NCBI GenBank assembly: GCA_002189035.1
Contig: NEEC01000042.1
Span: forward strand, 128,885 to 192,884
DNA from: Utricularia gibba
Taxonomy: Eukaryota; Plantae; Magnoliophyta
Direction of reading: 5' to 3'
Length of the DNA: 64,000 nucleotides
The notes under the pieces were generated by a model. The model saw only the letters and a program-made list of their open reading frames with translations. It made no database searches and was not told the origin of the DNA. Position numbers and translations under genes: made by a program. Below, piece by piece: positions 62,388-64,000 of this stretch; position 1 is the stretch's first letter; every line of letters begins with the position of its first letter.

Positions 62388-63120
62388 CCTGGTTATATTC
62401 ATATTGTGCATTTTGGTGAGGAGAGCAGATTCACCATAAGTTTTCTCAACTTCATTACCATCTCTTAGTTCCAATCTCTTTTCTGTAGATTGCAACTCAA
62501 TCATGAACTCTCTAAATGTTGGCTCTGGTGTAACAGGATATTCAGGATACAGCTGATGGAGCTTTCCTTCAATAATGTCAAGGATTTTTCTTTCTGTCTC
62601 AAGTGCACATAACTTTGGCTCGAATCTTGCAGGTAGGCTCATGATTGCCTTGCTAATCACCTTTTGATCCTCAAGTTTTTCCCCCAATCCTCGAATCTCC
62701 TTCACAAGCTTCGCAGTACGTTCATAATAGACTTGTATGGTTTCATTGTCTAACATTTTGTTCCTCTCAAAGTCCTCCAGCTTGTTTTTGCATAATATCT
62801 CTCTGAGTTTGGCATCGCCTTCATAATGGGATTTGAGAGTATCCCATATTTCTTTTGCTGATTGACACTCTGCAATATCATCAAATAGATGTTCAGAGAT
62901 GGCTTGATACAAGGCATCCATTGCTTCATCTTTTCTCTGTTGAAGATACTCAGCTTCCTCTTGCTGTTCTGATGTGGATTTGCTTGTTATTGTAATAGCC
63001 GGAATCTCCCTTTCAACAACATCCCAAATCTTTCTGACCCGAAGGTAGCTGCGCATCTTTTTTGACCCAGCTTCCATCTGAACCATCAAATATTGGAGGT
63101 CCTCTACCAGATGCCATCAT
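62367..63120 (-). pseudogene. gag: Copia gag, copy 7, N-terminal frameshift (possibly sequencing error)
   Basis: Six-T run at 63058-63063 (five elsewhere) plus a 3-bp loss near 63077; the rest of the frame is open. Confidence 0.7.
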
Positions 63121-63226
63121 AGCCACCGCTTGACAAGCTTTGGGTTGATACTTGGTAATCTACCAAGTAAAAAACGCTGAACGGTATATAAAATACTGAA
63201 ACGAACACAGGTTTGAGAACCTTACT

Positions 63227-63238
63227 GCTCTGATACCA
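63227..63238 (-). other. tRNA-iMet PBS, copy 7
   Basis: TGGTATCAGAGC adjacent to LTR end. Confidence 0.93.
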
Positions 63239-63563
63239 TGTTGTTGCAAGAAAAATAGAGTCTTGGGAAGTAACAAAAAGGTAATGCTTATGAGATCACC
63301 TTGGATGAAAAACGACTCATGATGACAATAAGAATGACCGAAAACCTAATTGACATGCATTTCTAGTAGGGCTTATATATACCAAATACCTAGGTTACCC
63401 AACAGTGGGCCACAATCATTGAAAACACACAAAAAGCCCAACAACTCGAATCCAACACTTCCATGCTCGAACCCAACACCTTTTTTTCTGAAATATGACA
63501 TTATGACACAAGTTTAGTTCTTCCAATCACCTTCAAGCTTTGGATTGAGGCTGATCTCCAACA
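63239..63563 (-). repeat. 5' LTR (325 bp), copy 7
   Basis: As copy 1, with compensating +2/-2 indels. Confidence 0.88.
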
Positions 63564-64000
63564 CTTGTCCGAGCCCCTGATTCTTTATGGCTCATGAGGA
63601 CAAAAGGATGCAAATCGATGAATACAATGATGCAATTGTTTAAATTACGATATCACGTGCACCCTACATGATTTTTTCAACAACTTACTTTATACTTGAG
63701 GAGGTGGTCTTGGGGGCAAGAGGAACCGGACAAAGGTCAGCTTATGCTTGGGTCGAAAGTAAGTTGTAGCCTGACAAAGAAAAGTGATCTATTTATTAAC
63801 GTTCGGTTTTCGGGGCTACCTACATGGTTTTTCAAGGAACCGCTTCTCGTTTTGTGGGCCCAGTCTCGCTGGGAACTTGGTCCTTTACCCCGATTCTGTA
63901 TGGCTCATGAGGTCAACCGAATGCAAATCGATTAAAAAAAATGATGCATTTGTTTAAATTGCGATATGACGTGCACCCACATGATTTTTTTCAACAACTT
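63564..64000. repeat. Satellite continuing past the window end
   Basis: Partial A-like monomer, then H monomer, then start of the next monomer. Confidence 0.92.

Larger units (their letters stand above)
49851..63563. repeat. Composite tandem macro-repeat: copia fragment + ~6.3 satellite monomers, period ~3.15 kb
   Basis: Fragment starts at 49851, 53000, 56149, 59262, 62388 (periods 3149, 3149, 3113, 3126). Confidence 0.95.
62388..63563 (-). mobile_element. Truncated Ty1/copia fragment, copy 7
   Basis: Same structure and junctions; several small indels. Confidence 0.94.

Noticed and set aside
1130-63935. Hundreds of 60-200 aa ORFs within the satellite (for example MHLEQDKGKVWLAPRVSCSP...)
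   Set aside because: They are translations of the repeated monomer, open and close with homopolymer indels, often use non-ATG starts and show no recognisable domain.

Overview
This is plant heterochromatic DNA with no cellular genes. About 56 kb (roughly 180 head-to-tail monomers, all in one orientation) is a single satellite family with a ~314-315 bp monomer. The monomer is itself a diverged dimer of ~157 bp halves and is organised into higher-order repeats (HORs) of about 3-8 variant monomers. I label the variants by diagnostic words: A=GGCAAGAGGAACCAGACAACGG, B=GGCACTTGGAACCGGAAAAAGATC, C=GCACCTCGAACAGGACAAAGG, D=GTACCTGGAACCGGAAAATGGTCAGCTT, E=GGTCAGCGTAGG with CCTAAATGCTTTTTG, F=GCAGTCTTTG(A/G)GTGCATTTGG, G=GTGCACCTGGAACGGGACAAAGG, H=GGTCAGCTTATGCTTGGGTC. 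The array is interrupted seven times by the same ~1178 bp minus-strand fragment of a Ty1/copia LTR retrotransposon: a 325 bp 5' LTR (TGTTG...CAACA), a plant tRNA-iMet primer-binding site (PBS) and a gag ORF cut off before the zinc knuckle, with no pol and no 3' LTR. Every junction visible in the window is the same between copies, so the fragment was amplified with the satellite, not by transposition; copies 3-7 form a ~3.15 kb composite tandem repeat. The most interesting features: (1) the fragment plus adjacent satellite looks like a complete chimeric transcription unit (LTR TATA, 251-codon Gag ORF, satellite-derived stop, satellite-derived AATAAA); (2) the composite unit is almost exactly 10 monomer lengths, preserving the satellite register. 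Parts of the array (about 17-24 kb, 34-39 kb, 57.7-58.4 kb) look like noisy long-read consensus, so fine detail there is unreliable. I cannot identify the species or name the satellite from sequence alone.
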